Below are positions 9,267 through 22,600 of a stretch of DNA of 64,000 nucleotides, piece by piece. Position numbers and translations under genes: made by a program. The first letter of the stretch is position 1. Every line of letters starts with the position of its first letter. The DNA is from Balanoglossus misakiensis (lineage: Eukaryota; Animalia; Hemichordata). The stretch lies in the NCBI GenBank assembly GCA_040954595.2, contig CM082585.2:1488318-1552317 (forward strand). Reading direction: 5' to 3'. The notes under the pieces were generated by a model. It saw only the letters and a program-made list of their open reading frames with translations. It had not been told where the DNA came from and searched no databases.

Positions 9267-9578
9267 TGACAATCTCGCTGATAGGCGCAGCTGGAATTTA
9301 TGTTTCTGTGGTATGATTATTGTATTTTATCAATGCACAATCACGATGGGCGAGTTTCAAGCAAGCAATTGGATTCGCTTCAATCCCTCACTAAAATCTA
9401 GACTGCACCACTGTATAATAACACAATACAGTCTTCTAGCCTCATGGTATAAACAGGAACTCTTGTCTGCTGGACATCCGTGTACTTTGGTCTACTGAGT
9501 GAACGCGTTACGTATAGAGGTAGCGCAAAGTGAAAACCTATTTAAGGCAGCCACAACAATCAGTGTTGACGTACATAC

Positions 9579-9681
9579 AATCTGACTAAAATCGCAGTTG
9601 GTATGACGACAGCATACTAATAATACTGTACCACATAAGTAAAAGACGTCGTCGTACCATACATCTGATTTTATTCAGATT
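9579..9681. repeat. Small fold-back (MITE-like) element, degenerate
   Basis: aatctgactaaaatc..tggtatgacgac ... gtcgtcgtacca..gattttattcagatt inverted arms. Related to 9933-10061. Confidence 0.6.
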
Positions 9682-9699
9682 ACTGCATATTTGCATATA

Positions 9700-9906
9700 C
9701 TGTGAAACAAGTTATTTTCGCGAGCAATACATTTTCGCGAGATACGTGAGAGCCAAAATGGTATGAAAATAAGAGGTCGCATAATTATTTTTGAAGATAA
9801 CGATGCAGTGAATGAAATAAGAGAACGCGAAAATTAATACTCGCGAAACAGTAGCCTCTCTCGATATCGTGAAAATTTCAACTCGCTAAAATAAAGTGTT
9901 TTACAG
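9700..9906. mobile_element. TA-flanked MITE (CTGT..ACAG ends, internal ttttcgcga / tcgcgaaa motifs)
   Basis: TA|ctgtgaaaca..ttattttcgcgag ... ctcgctaaaataaagtgttttacag|TA. Confidence 0.75.
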
Positions 9907-9932
9907 TAGTTTATGTATGTAAAGTGTTCCTG

Positions 9933-10061
9933 ATGTTAACACAATCTGTTTGAAATCAGATGTAGGCCTAGGGAATGGCGACGTAGTTTTTTGATGCTGC
10001 GACAGCATAAAAAACACGTCGCCGTTCCCTACATCTGATTTTAATCAGATTAGCGTTAACA
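9933..10061. repeat. ~130-bp fold-back (MITE-like) element
   Basis: atgttaac..aatctg...aaatcagatgtagg..ggaatggcgacgt..tttt..atgctg | cagcataaaaaac acgtcgccgttccctacatctgattt..cagatt..gttaacat. Confidence 0.75.
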
Positions 10062-13000
10062 TAACTTTATCAGAATAAGTTAACGCCATAACTTTGACAG
10101 AATAAGAGTTGCCTCAAACGGCTCTAACCGAATTTCCATTAATAGCAGAACAAACAAGCTGTAATCAATACGCCAACCTTTAAAATATTACTTTAGAAAG
10201 TTTGTATTCATACTTTCTTCAAGTTGTCATAACGCTAACCCGAAATGTGTTTTAGTATTGCCTTTGTATTAATGGGCTAGATTCATGGCGTTATATGTCA
10301 TAAATTAAAAAGACAACCCTTATTGTTTTTGATAATATTTATGTCGGAGAATCCACAATGAAAAATATGTATTTTCAATTTCATAACTCAAAATAATTTT
10401 CAAATCCATGACCTTATTTTCAACTCCAGTGATCGTACATCCTGAACCTTGTTCCAGTAAATGATTGGTCATTACAGGGTTAATGGGCACTCTCCCGTTC
10501 TCTTCCTCCGCAGTTTCATTCATGTTCTTGTTTGACGGAAATGGGTGTGACCAGACGCTTGAATGTTTTCATGTGGGTTGAGTTGTTCATCGGGAACGGC
10601 CTCCTGGTGTGTCTGTACAGGTACGCAAGGAGAAACTGCCCACAAGAAGCTGCGAGTGAAACTATTTAAGGTAGTATGTGCCTCGCGGTCCGAGATTCTG
10701 ACAAATGATAGTCCTCAAAACTTTTTCAAGTCATTGATTTACTAAAGTGTGTGGTGAGTCTCTTTGAAAACAACAACAATATTACTCATCATATTGTAAT
10801 TTTTTGAAACTATAAAATGAAGTTGACAATGCACCAAACAGATTCTATTTATTTCTTCATGACCATGTTCACCCCAAGGTCATATGGACCTGCAAGTATA
10901 TGCCAGAGCCAGAGTCGACATTACCGAAGCCAGAGTTTAAAGCTTACAGGTCACCCCTTGCCAGCTCATGACTAGCTAAACTGCCATGGATGCCAAGAGA
11001 TATATGACTACGGTAACCTGTAGATGGTTTCAGTATGTTTGAAGAAAGTGGTGGCGCACTTTTGGCTACATTTGAAATGGCTATGGTACCAGTGGTTGAA
11101 TTTGCAAAGGTGACCTTTGACCTGGCATCTTTAAAGATATTAAAGAACGATTTACCATTCCTTGTTGTCGTAAAATGACATCTGTAATAACTTATATTTT
11201 ATCTGTTCATCTTGAAGTACTATATATTTAAACGCCAATTTTCCATTGCCAATCAAGTTTTTACAAATAAATTGTAATATGCATGTTGATTTTACAAAAA
11301 CTCCTTACTTCCAAGTGAATTCTGTTACACATCACGTAACTATTTTCCCCACGAATTCTTCAGTTGCTAACTCGGAAATTTCATATATTGGGCAGAAATT
11401 GGATACATTACCCAGCCATTAAAATTACAGTTTTCTATTTTAATTGATCGTCCATAACTTCAAGTACTTTGACTTGACATACATTAAAAACATCATGGTG
11501 AATAAATAAAAATTATTTGATTATCTAATTGTGCATGTTTACATGGTTTTATTTTAGTATGCTGGGTACTTAATGTCTAATGGCTCGCTGATTTTATACT
11601 GTTCAAGATGACAATCTAATTTTAGTTTTCAGCTGATAATTGAAATCAATGATTCAAAAAAATTGAATTTTGACATAAATAAACTTCTTGTTCATGGCAG
11701 TTGCTGTGTTTTGTTTCATTTGTATTCAATTTTTGCAAGCATACATTTTTGCAAGCATACCATTGAGCACAGTTTGATTTGATTAAACACGTTTATCGGA
11801 AAATTTTGTCATTTGAAATATCTGTTTTTGCGCCCTCTACCATTTGACCAAATGATTCTCTTATTTTGGTGGCCTTTGTCTGTGTATATGAGAATACTAT
11901 AGTACTCTCGCATCGATCATAGTAGAAGTTGATAACGTCTCTTGCCACGTGGCCTGGAAGAAAGGCGATCTTTAGAGTAAAAAAAACAAACTATCCAGAT
12001 AGGAAGCTAGAAAAGAAGTTGAATCGTTGAAATTTTATTTATTTTATATTGTTAATATCGTTGGTGATGTTGACTGGCCGACAATCTTTGTCACACGAGT
12101 CTTTGCAGGCAGATTAAAACATTGCCTATTCCAGCAATAATCACAACAGGAGTGTGTCACACAGGAGACAGTTGGGATTATAGTCATAATCTACCTTAGT
12201 TTGTTGTCAACAACCAGATGTGGTCGCATTCCGTGCATCCGTGCATATTTTGGAACAACGACTCTATCGAACAGACGTATTTCAAACACCTTGGAGAAAA
12301 ACATCGATGACCAGTGGAATTGACTGTCGCTTGAAATCCGATAGGAATACACCTGTTTACGGTGGACGATACCGACACTCCTCTGCTAACTTAATCTGCT
12401 CTGCTAACTATACCTGCTTTGATTAAGTTGCGTCTAAAACTTTCCTTACAATACAATGTGGGTCTCGACTGTCGGTCCCAACTATAGCGACGACAGCCTC
12501 GGTATGTTTCGCCGATAGCAATCCGGAGATGAAATTTGCATACAGCAATATCTTTCAAGATAAATAATTTATGTCCTAAAGGTATTACTTTTAGTGGTCT
12601 GACGGAGACGTTTTCTGCTGTAACATGCAAAACCTGCGGCGGACCTGAGGTCATGTTGCGAACACTGTAGTTTTGTTACGCCCGCCATCCTTCGGACGTT
12701 TACCTCATCGGGGCTTCTTTGGGGAATCAGCCACGTCCGAAGGGTGAGAGTGTAAATTCTCTCCCTCTCCTTCTCCACCCAACATATTCATAGAGTCAGA
12801 GAGAGGTACCCGGCATATCGTAAACTTAACGAGAGGCATAACGAGACTTTCAACAAGTTTTCCGAGTAACACAAATAGTTGTGGTTTATTACTGGTCACA
12901 CGTAAGAATTACACGACTCTATCCATGCTCGTTGACTCCCGTCACGGATCTCCGGTGATAATAATGTGATATCAAATTTCACCACCTCTTATTAATACGT

Positions 13001-13132
13001 TAGTCAAGTATTATGTCATAAAAGGAACACGTCATCTTAATATTTCTTAAACATGAACTTAGCGCGTGATATCTCTATCTCGTTCTGACATGTATCAATT
13101 ACACAATCTTGTTTACTCTGAGTCAAATACCT

Positions 13133-15718
13133 ATTTTTTTTTGGTGATTTTCACCGATGTTTTTTTTTTCAAAAATCGACGAACCAATGATTTTTTTCAA
13201 AATCGACGAAATTTTGAGATTATGCAAAGTCGAAAATTTTTCATTTTTTGATGATTTTCACCCATGATTTTTTTCAAAAATCTACGAAATTTTGAGATTT
13301 TGCAAACTCGAAAATTTGTCATTTTTTTATGATTTTCACCCATGATTTTTTTTTAAAAATCGACGAACCCATAATTTTTTTCAAAATCGACGAAATTTTG
13401 AGATTTTGCAGTCTAAAATGTTTCATTTTTTGATGATTTTCACCCATGTTTTTTTTTCAAAAATCGACGAACCCATGTTTTTTTTCAAAAGTCGACGAAA
13501 TTTTGAGATTTTGCAGTCTTAAATTTGTCATTTTTTGATGGTTTTCACCCATGTTTTTTTAAAAAATCGACGAACCCGTGATTTTTTTTCAAAATCGACG
13601 AAATTTTGAGATTTTGCAAAATCAAAAATTTGTCATTTTTTGATGATTTTCACCCATGTTTTTTTTTTCAGAAATCGACGAACGCATGTTTTTTTTCAAA
13701 AATCGACGAAATTTTGAGATTTTGCAGTCGAAAATTTGTCATTTTTTGATGGTTTTCACCCATGTTTTTTTAAAAAATCGACGAACCCGTGATTTTTTTC
13801 AAAATCGACGAAATTTTGAGATTTTGCAAAATCAAAAATTTGTCATTTTTTTGATGATTTTCACCCATGATTTTTTTTCAAAAATCGACGAAATTTTGAG
13901 ATTTGCAGTCGAAAATTTGACATTTTTTGATGATTTTCACCCATGATTTTTTCAAAAATCGACGAACCCATATTTTTTTTCAAAATCGACGAAATTTTGA
14001 GATTTTGCAAAGTCGAAAATTTGTCATTTTTTGATGATTTTCACCCATGTTTTTTTTTTCAAAAATCGACGATATTTTGAGATTTCGCAAAGTTGAAAAT
14101 TTGACATTTGTTGATGATTTTCATGAGCTATAGCCTATGATTTTTTTTTCAAAAATCGACGAAATTTTGAGATTTTGCAGTCGAAAATTTGTCATTTTGT
14201 TGATTTTCACCCATGTTTTTTTTAAACAATCGACGAACCCATGATTTTTTTTCAAAATCGACGAACTTTTGAGATTTTGCAAAATCGAAAATTTGTCATT
14301 TTTTGATGATTTTCACCCATGATTTTTTTTCAAAAATCGACGAACCCATAATTTTTTTCAAAATCGACGAAATTTTGAGATTTTGCAAAGTCGAAAATTT
14401 TTCATTTTTTGATGATTTTCACCCATGTTTTTTTAAAAAATCAACGAACCCATGATTTTTTTTCAAAATCGACGAAATTTTGAAATTTTGCAAAATCAAA
14501 AATTTGTCGTTTTTTTGAGGATTTTCACCCATGATTTTTTTTTCAAAAATCGACGAAATTTTGAAATTTTGCAGTCGAAAATTTGTAAATTTTTGATGAT
14601 TTTCACCCATGTTTTTTTAAAAAATCAACGAACTCATGCTTTTTTTCAAAAGTCGACGAAATTTTAAGATTTTGCAGTCTTAAATTTGTCATTTTTTGAT
14701 GGTTTTCACTCATGTTTTTTTAAAAAATCGACGAACCCGTGATTTTTTTTCCAAATCGACGAAATTTTGAGATTTTGCAAAATCAAAAATTTGTCATTTT
14801 TTTGATGATTTTCACCCATGATTTTTTTTCGAAAATCGACGAAATTTTGAGATTTTGCAGTCGAAAATTTGTCATTTTTTGAAGATTTTCACCCATGATT
14901 TTTTTCAAAAATCGACGAACCCATAATTTTTTTCAAAATCGACGAAATTTTGACATTTTGCAAAGTCGAAAATTTGTCATTTTTTGATGATTTTCACCCA
15001 TGTTTTTTTTCAAAAATCGACGAACCCATGGTTTTTTTTCAAAAATCGACGATATTTTGAGATTTCGCAAAGTTGAAAATTTGACATTTGTTGATGATTT
15101 TCATGAGCTACAGCCAATGATTTTTTTTTCAAAAATCGACGAAATTTTTAGATTTTGCAGTCGAAAATTTGTCATTTTGTTGATTTTCACCCATGTTTTT
15201 TTTAAACAATCGACGAACCCATGATTTTTTTTCAAAATCGGCGAACTTTTGAGATTTGGAAAATCGAAAATTTGTCATTTTTTGATGATTTTCACCCATG
15301 ATTTTTTTACAAAAATCGACGAACCCATGATTTTTTTCAAAATCGACGAAATTTTGAGGTTTTGCAAAGTCGAAAATTTTTCATTTTTTGATGATTTTCA
15401 CCCATGTTTTTTTTTAAAAATCAACGAACCCATGATTTTTTTTCCAAATCGACGAAATTTTGAGATTTTGCAAAGTCGAAAATTCACCCATGTTTTTTTA
15501 AAAAATCAACGAACCCATGATTTTTTTCAAAATCGATGAAATTTTGAGATTTTGCAAAGTCGAAAATTCACATGTTTTTTTTCAAAAATCGACGAACCCA
15601 TAATTTTTTTCAAAATCGACGAAATTTTGAGATTTTGCAAAATCAAAAATTTGTCATTTTTTGATGATTTTCACCATGATTTTTTTCAAAAATCGACCAA
15701 ATTTTGAGATTTTGCAGT
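13133..15718 (-). repeat. 78-bp satellite, reverse-orientation block 1 (divergent monomers)
   Basis: Tandem attttttcaaaaatcgacgaaattttgagattttgcaaagtcgaaaatttgtcattttttgatgattttcacccatg with frequent ~28-bp short units. Confidence 0.95.
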
Positions 15719-16525
15719 TAGTGCGGTATGGTATGTCATGAAAAACAGCTCCCGTAGGATTGTTGTGCTAAAATTGATTTTTTTGCTGTTTTGGCTTCTA
15801 TTGGGACCCAACTACCCGAAAATGATGGGGTGCAATTTTAAGGGCCCCTCCATCATATTTTTCTCGGGGGGGGGGTACTTCCGTTTTGTGGTATGATGTG
15901 TATTCCCGTAGGATTTTTGTGCTAAAATTGATTTTTTTGCTGTTTTGGCTTCTATGGGGACCCAACTACCCGAAAATGATGGGGTGCAATTTTTAGGGCC
16001 CCTCCATCATATTTTTTCGGGGGGGGGGTCGTCACTCCTGTTTTGGCCTCCCCGAAGATATTTATTCACCTATCTACTCCATTTTCGTAGAATTTTCTGC
16101 TAAAGAATTTTTTTTTTGCTGTTTTGACACCTGGTCACAAAAGATCACATGCAAATTTTAGGGCCCCTCTATTACATTTGTGGGGGGGGGGGGCACTTAC
16201 ATTCCGACAATCTTAACGGTATTTGTTCACCTATACCGTGTATTCTCGTAGGAGTTTTTGCTAATAGTTATTTGTTTTGTTTGCTGTTTTGGTTTCAATG
16301 ATGAATAAACATCCCCAAAATGATGGAAATCAATTTGTTGGACCCCTCCATCACATTTTCTTGCAGGGGGGGGGGGGTCACTTTAGTTTTAGCAGCCCTG
16401 GAGATATTTGTTCATAGTGTGACATGTGTATTTGTAAAGGATTTCTTCCAATTTCTTTTTTTTTAACTTCTATGGGGACCTAACTGCTCAAAAATGAGGT
16501 CAAATTTTAGGGCCTCTCCACATAT
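15719..16525 (+). repeat. Left long TIR built from ~150-180-bp tandem units
   Basis: Repeating cgtaggattttt..gctaaaattgatttttttgctgttttgg..gggacccaact..aaaatgatggggtgcaattttagggcccctccatca..poly-G, increasingly degenerate inward. Confidence 0.8.
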
Positions 16526-17444
16526 TGGGAATCTTAAATATTAGACGGTTTATGGGTAAACATATCAGTTACCTACATTTGTATCAGTTGTCATATATAC
16601 TACAGCGCTATCTTATTTTTATAAATATACTTAGTTGAATTTTGACACTAACAAATCAACCACAAATATCTCTCTGGTTTGGACTTAGCATAATATACCT
16701 CCCCTCACCTTGGACCGCCACCCAACTCATCACCACACTCATGTTTTCTATGGTTTACAAAAATATAGTATACTAGGCTATACCAAATAGTGAACACCTA
16801 TTGCCTGGCCATGAGGGCCATAGCAGCCGTTTATTACACCCGAGGGGCCGTGAGTTACCAGAATCATATGCATATGATTCTGGTAACTTTTTCGTTAAGA
16901 GTTGTTTATTCTTTCGTAGCACAATCAATGTCTGAGATATTTACCATTGTACTAAAATTCTCATCGATATAAGTCTGTGCATAAACTCTGAAGTACGTTT
17001 TAATCAACACTTGTTTTTTGGGGTATTAAAACGATATTCAGTTGAACTCATTTCAAAGTTAAATACTGTCGTAAATAAAGCCATATCAGTTGAAGTATTG
17101 TCTATTTTAAAGTAGTATTTTCAAAATTTTCATGCCAATAGCAAAATAGTGCTGTAAAAAGCCCTTGAACTATGTCTTACTTCTAAAACTTGTTTTGGTA
17201 AACATTAACAATATCAAATTTGGCTCATTTTGTAGCTCAATACTACTGAAAATAAAACAAGTCTGTGAACTACATCTCAGTTTTATTACTAAATACATAT
17301 TGGCTATTTTCTTAGCACCGTAAGCAGCGTTTTACGTTCCAGTTCGATAGCTATTAGGACATTTTGCAATAAACTACAGAATTAATATGTAGATAAAAAT
17401 AAGATTTGCGTGATCTGTGAAAAGGGTGCCACCCCTTCATCACA

Positions 17445-17678
17445 ATGAGAGATAAATCATACGCAACAAATTGTCCTGAACTTCCCCCAATCAAAAAGAA
17501 TGGGTGGAAATCGGAGAATGGCGTGTTTTATCCAGTAAAATGTCTTGCTCTCCCTGCACCAAAGGCAGTACTAGAGCTTATCAAATGTGGCTGCAAAGCA
17601 GGTTGTAGGGGACGTTGCAGTTGCTCAAAGAATGATTTACTATGTACTCCCCTCTGCAAATGCTATGGTGGAGACTGA
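17445..17678 (+). pseudogene. C-terminal fragment of an Academ-type transposon protein (CXC/Cys8 zinc finger)
   Basis: PELPPIKKNGW...PAPKAVLELIKCGCKAGCRGRCSCSKNDLLCTPLCKC. This CXC-like tail follows the XPG/PIN-like domain in Academ proteins; the upstream part is deleted. Confidence 0.75.
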
Positions 17679-18019
17679 AAACCAGGGGGAAATGTTCTTG
17701 AAGATAACGACACTGGCGATGAGTAGATCAAACAGAACTGGGTTTCGTGAAAATGATGATTGAGAATACCAAGATATCAGAAAAGAATCGTTATGCTTCT
17801 TGGGTTGTTTATTGCACCGTCCGTGGTAGGGAGGGTGCCTCAAGGGTCCATTTTATGAGATGGGACTGTAGCTCGGAAAATAAACTAAAATACACATTAT
17901 GTACTTTATTATATATAAAGGAGTTTTAATTTACCTTAGTATACTAAATTTAGAATAAACGAAAAAATCTAAGATAAAAAAAAAACTACTGTTACAACGG
18001 GTTGGCGAAAACAAATATA

Positions 18020-18857
18020 GAGAACCCCCCCCCCCCACCAAAAAATGTGGTAAAGGGGTCCAACATTTTGCACACCATCACTTTTCGGCAGTCAGTCTGC
18101 ATTCAAGCCAAAGGAGCAAACCAAATTGCAAGAAATACCACGACAATACTAACCGTATAGTAAATAGGTGAATAAGTATCTTCAGGGTGGCCAAAACAGA
18201 AATGATTACCCTCCCCCCCCCCAAGACATGATGGAAGGTTCCAAAAATTTGAACCCCATCATTTTAGTTCTGGTGGAGCCCCATTGAAACCAAAACATCA
18301 AAGAAAAATAATATTTTTAGCAAAATATTCTATGAGAAGGGAGTAAATAGGCCAACAAACAACTTCGGAGTGGCCAAAATGGAAGTGCCCCCCCCCAAAT
18401 AAAAAATGATGGAGGGGCCCTATAATTTGCACCCGATTATTTTTGGCCAGGTTGGTCTCCTCCAAAGCAAACACAACAAAAACAAATTAATTGTAGCCCA
18501 AATTCCCATGATGATAGAGTAAATAGGTGAACAAATATCCTCGAGTGACCAAAACAGAAGAGACCCCCCGAAAAAAATTGATGGAGGGGCCCTAAAAATT
18601 GCACCCCATGATTTTTGGGTAGTTGGGTCCCCATTGAAGCCAAACAGCAAAAAAAATCAATTTTAGCAGAAAAATCCTACGGGAATACACATCATACCAC
18701 AAAACGGAAGTACCCCCCCCCCAGAAAAATATGATGGAGGGGCCCTTAAAATTGCACCCCATCATTTTCGGGTAGTTGGGTCCCCGTAGAAGCCAAAACA
18801 GCAAAAAAATCAATTTTAGCACAAAAATCCTACGGGAATACACATCATACCACACTA
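18020..18857 (-). repeat. Right long TIR, inverted copy of the left array
   Basis: Reverse-complement units (atggaggggcccttaaaattgcaccccatcattttcgggtagttgggtccc), near-identical at the outer end. Confidence 0.8.
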
Positions 18858-19670
18858 AGTCGAAAATTTGTAATTTTTTGATGATTTTCACCCATGTTTT
18901 TTTTTTCAAAAATCGACGAACCCATGATTTTTTTCGAAATCGACGAAATTTTGAGATTTTGCAGTCGAAAATTTGTCATTTTTTGATGATTTTCACCCAT
19001 GATTTTTTTCAAAAATCGACGAACCCATAATTTTTTTCAAAATCGACGATATTTTGAGATTTCGCAAAGTTGAAAATTTGACATTTGTTGATGATTTTCA
19101 TGAGCTATAGCCCATGATTTTTTATTTCAAAAATCGACGAAATTTTGAGATTTGCAAAGTCGAACATTGGTCATTTTGATGATTTTCACCCATTTTTTTT
19201 TTCAAAAATCGACGAACCCATAATTTTTTTTCAAAATCGACGAAATTTTGAGATTTTGCAAAGTCGAAAATTTGTCATTTTTTGATGATTTTCATCCATG
19301 TTTTTTTTCACAATTCAACGAACCCATGATTGTTTTCAAAATCGACGAAATTTTGAGATTTTGCAAGAACCCATGATTTTTTTCAAATTCGACGAAATTT
19401 TGAGATTTTGCAAAGTCGAAAATTTGTCATTTTTTGATGATTTTCACCCATGATTTTTTGCAAAAATCGACGAACCCATGATTTTTTTCCAAAATCGACG
19501 AAATTTTGAGATTTTGCAAAGTCGAAAATTTGTCATTTTTTGATGATTTTCATCCATGTTTTTTTTTTCAAAATTCAACGAACCCATGATTTTTTTCAAA
19601 ATCGACGAAATTTTGAGATTTTGCAAGAACCCATGATTTTTTTCAAAATCGACGAAATATTGAGATTTTG
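18858..19670 (-). repeat. 78-bp satellite, reverse-orientation block 2
   Basis: Resumes in register after the TSD, with the same monomer and variants as 13133-15718. Confidence 0.95.
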
Positions 19671-22600
19671 CAAAATCTCAAAATTTCGTCGATTTTGAAA
19701 AAAAATCATGGGTTCGTCGATTTTTGAAAAAAAACATGGGAGAAAATCTTCAAAAAATGGGAATTTTGTCGATTTTTGAAAAAAAAAATCATGGGTGAAA
19801 ATCATCAAAAAATGACAAATTTTCGACTTTGCAAAATCTCAAAATTTCGTCGATTTTTGAGAAAAATCATGGGTGAAAATCATCAAAAAATGACAAATTT
19901 TCGACTTTGCAAAATCTCAAAATTTCGTCGAATTTTTGAAAAAAAACATGGATGAAAATCATCGAAAAATGACAAATTTTCGACTGCAAAATCTCAAAAT
20001 TTTGTCGATTTTGAAAAAAGTATGGGTTCGTCGATTTTTAAAAAAATCATGGGTGAAAATCATCAAAAAATGACAAATTTTCGACTTTGCAAGAACTTCG
20101 AGATTTTCGTCGATTTTTGAAAAAAAAATCGTGGGGGGGGGGGGAAATCATAAAAAAATGACAAATTTTCGACTTTGCAAAATCTCAAAATATCGTCGAT
20201 TTTGGAAAAAAAAAACATGGGTTCGTCGAAAAAAAAACATGGGTGAAAATCATCAAAAAATGACAAATTTTCGACTTTGCAAAATCTCAAAAGTCCGTCG
20301 ATTTAAAAAAAAAACATGGGTGAAAATCTTCAAAAAATGACAAATTTTCGACTTTGCAAAAACTCAAAATTTCGTCGATTTTTGAAAAAAAATCATGGGT
20401 TCGTTGATTTTTGAAAAAAACATGGGTGAAAATCTTCAAAAAATGATTCTTGAAAAAAATGGGTGAAAATCATCAAAAATGACAAAGTTTCGACTTTGCA
20501 AAATCTCAAAATTTCATCGATTTCTGAAAAAAATCATAGGGGAAAATCATCAAAAAATGACAAATTTTCGACTGCAAAATCTTAAAATTTCGTCAATTTT
20601 TGAAAAAAATCATGGGTAAAAATCATGAATAAATGAAAAATTTTCGACTTTGCAAAATCTCAAAATTTCGTCGATTTTTGAAAAAAATCATGGGTGAAAA
20701 TCATCAAAAAATGACAAATTTTCGACTTTGCAAAATTTTCAAAAATTCGTTGATTTTTGAAAAAAAAATGGGTTATAGCTTATGAAAATCATCAACAAAT
20801 GACAAATTTTCGACTTTGCAAAATCTCAAAATTTCGTCGATTTTGAAAAAAATCATGGGTTCGTCGATTTTTGAAAAAAAACATGGGTGAAAATCTTCAA
20901 AAAATGACAAATTTTCGACTTTGCAAAAACTGAAAATTTCGTCGATTTTTGAAAAAAATAATGAGTGAAAATCATCAAAAAAGACAAAGTTTCGACTTTG
21001 CAAAATCTCAAAATTTCGTCGATTTCTGAAAAAAATCATGGGTAAAATCGTCAAAAAAAGACAGATTTTCGACAGCAAAATCTTAAAATTTCGTCAATTT
21101 TTGAAAAAAAATCATGGGTAAAAATCATCAAAAAATGACAAATTTTCGACTTTGCAAAATCTCAAAATTTCGTCAATTTTTGAAAAAAAAATCGTGGGGG
21201 GGGGGGGAAATCATCAAAAAAATGACAAATTTTCGACTTTGCAAAATTTTGAAAAATTCGTCGATTTTTAAAAAAAAAACATGGGTTCGTCCATTTTTGA
21301 AAAAAAAAACATGGGTGAAAATCATCAACAAATGACAAATGTTCAACTTTGCAAAATCTCAAAATTTCGTCGATTTTTGAAAAAAAAAATCGTGGGGGGG
21401 GGGGGGGAATCATCAAAAAAATTACAAATTTTCGACTTAACAAATTTTCAAAAATTCGTCGATTTTTGAAAAAAAAAACATGGGTTCGTCCATTTTTGAA
21501 AAAAAAAACATGGGTGAAAATCATCAACAAATGACAAATGTTCAACTTTGCAAAATCTCAAAATATTGTCGATTTTTGAAAAAAAATCATGGGTTCGTTG
21601 ATTTTTGAAAAAAAAACATGGGTGAAAATCATCAAAAAATTACAAATTTTCGTCTTTGCAAAATCTCAAAATTTCGTCGATTTTTGAAAAAAAAAATCAT
21701 GGGTAAAAATCATCAAAAAAATACAAATTTTCGACTTTGCAAAATCTAAAAATTTTGTCGATTTTTGAAAAAAATCATGGGTGAAAATCATCAAAAAATG
21801 ACAAATTTTCGACTTTGCAAAATCTCAAAATTTCGTAGATTTTTGAAAAAAAATCATGGGTTCGTTGATTTTTGAAAAAAAAACATGGGTGAAAATCATC
21901 AAAAAATTACAAATTTTCGAATTTGCAAAATCTCAAATTTCGTCGATTTTTTGAAAAAAAAACATGGGTGAAATCATCAAAAAATGACAAATTTTCGACT
22001 TTGCAAAATCTCAAAATTTCGTAATTTTTGAAAAAAAGTCATGGGTGAAATCATAAAAAAAATTACAAATTTTCGTCTTTGCAATAATCTCAAAATTTCG
22101 TCGATTTTTGAAAAAAAAAATCATGGGAAAAATCTTCAAAAAATTACAAATTTTCGACTTTGCAAAATCTAAAAATTTTGTCGATTTTTGAAAAAAATCA
22201 TGGGTGAAAATCATCAAAAAATGACAAATTTTCGACTTTGCAAAATCTCAAAATTTCGTCGATTTTTGAAAAAAATCATGGGTTCGTTCAATTTTGAAAA
22301 AAAACATGGATGAAAATCATCGAAAAATGACAAATTTTCGACTGTAAAATCTCAAAATTTTGTCGATTTTGAAAAAAGTATGGGTTCGTCCGATTTTAAA
22401 AAAATCATGGGTGAAAATCATCAAAAAATGACAAATTTTCGACTTTGCAAGAACTTCGAGATTTTCGTCGATTTTTGAAAAAAAAAATCGTGGGGGGGGG
22501 GAAATCATAAAAAAATGACAAATTTTCGACTTTGCAAAATCTCAAAATATCGTCGATTTTGGAAAAAAAACATGGGTTCGTCGAAAAAAAAACATGGGTG

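Larger units (their letters stand above)
15719..18857 (+). mobile_element. Internally deleted Academ-type DNA transposon inserted in the satellite
   Basis: Termini TAGTGCGGTATG / CATACCACACTA with a 3-bp TSD AGT (15716-15718 and 18858-18860); removing the element restores the satellite ttttgcAGTcgaaaattt. About 0.8-kb imperfect TIRs and an internal Cys-rich coding remnant. Confidence 0.85.

Noticed and set aside
8070-9498. Short ORFs around the nested MITEs
   Set aside because: They overlap TIR elements and lack recognisable domains.
17445-17678. Host tesmin/LIN54 CXC gene
   Set aside because: It is an isolated fragment inside a TIR/TSD-bounded element, and the upstream LP..GW..P..PAP context is that of transposon proteins.
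18595-18620. Similarity of the Academ TIR unit (caccccatgattttt) to the satellite (cacccatgattttt), suggesting the satellite derives from the TE
   Set aside because: The match is only ~14 bp of low-complexity sequence, and the rest of the units do not align.
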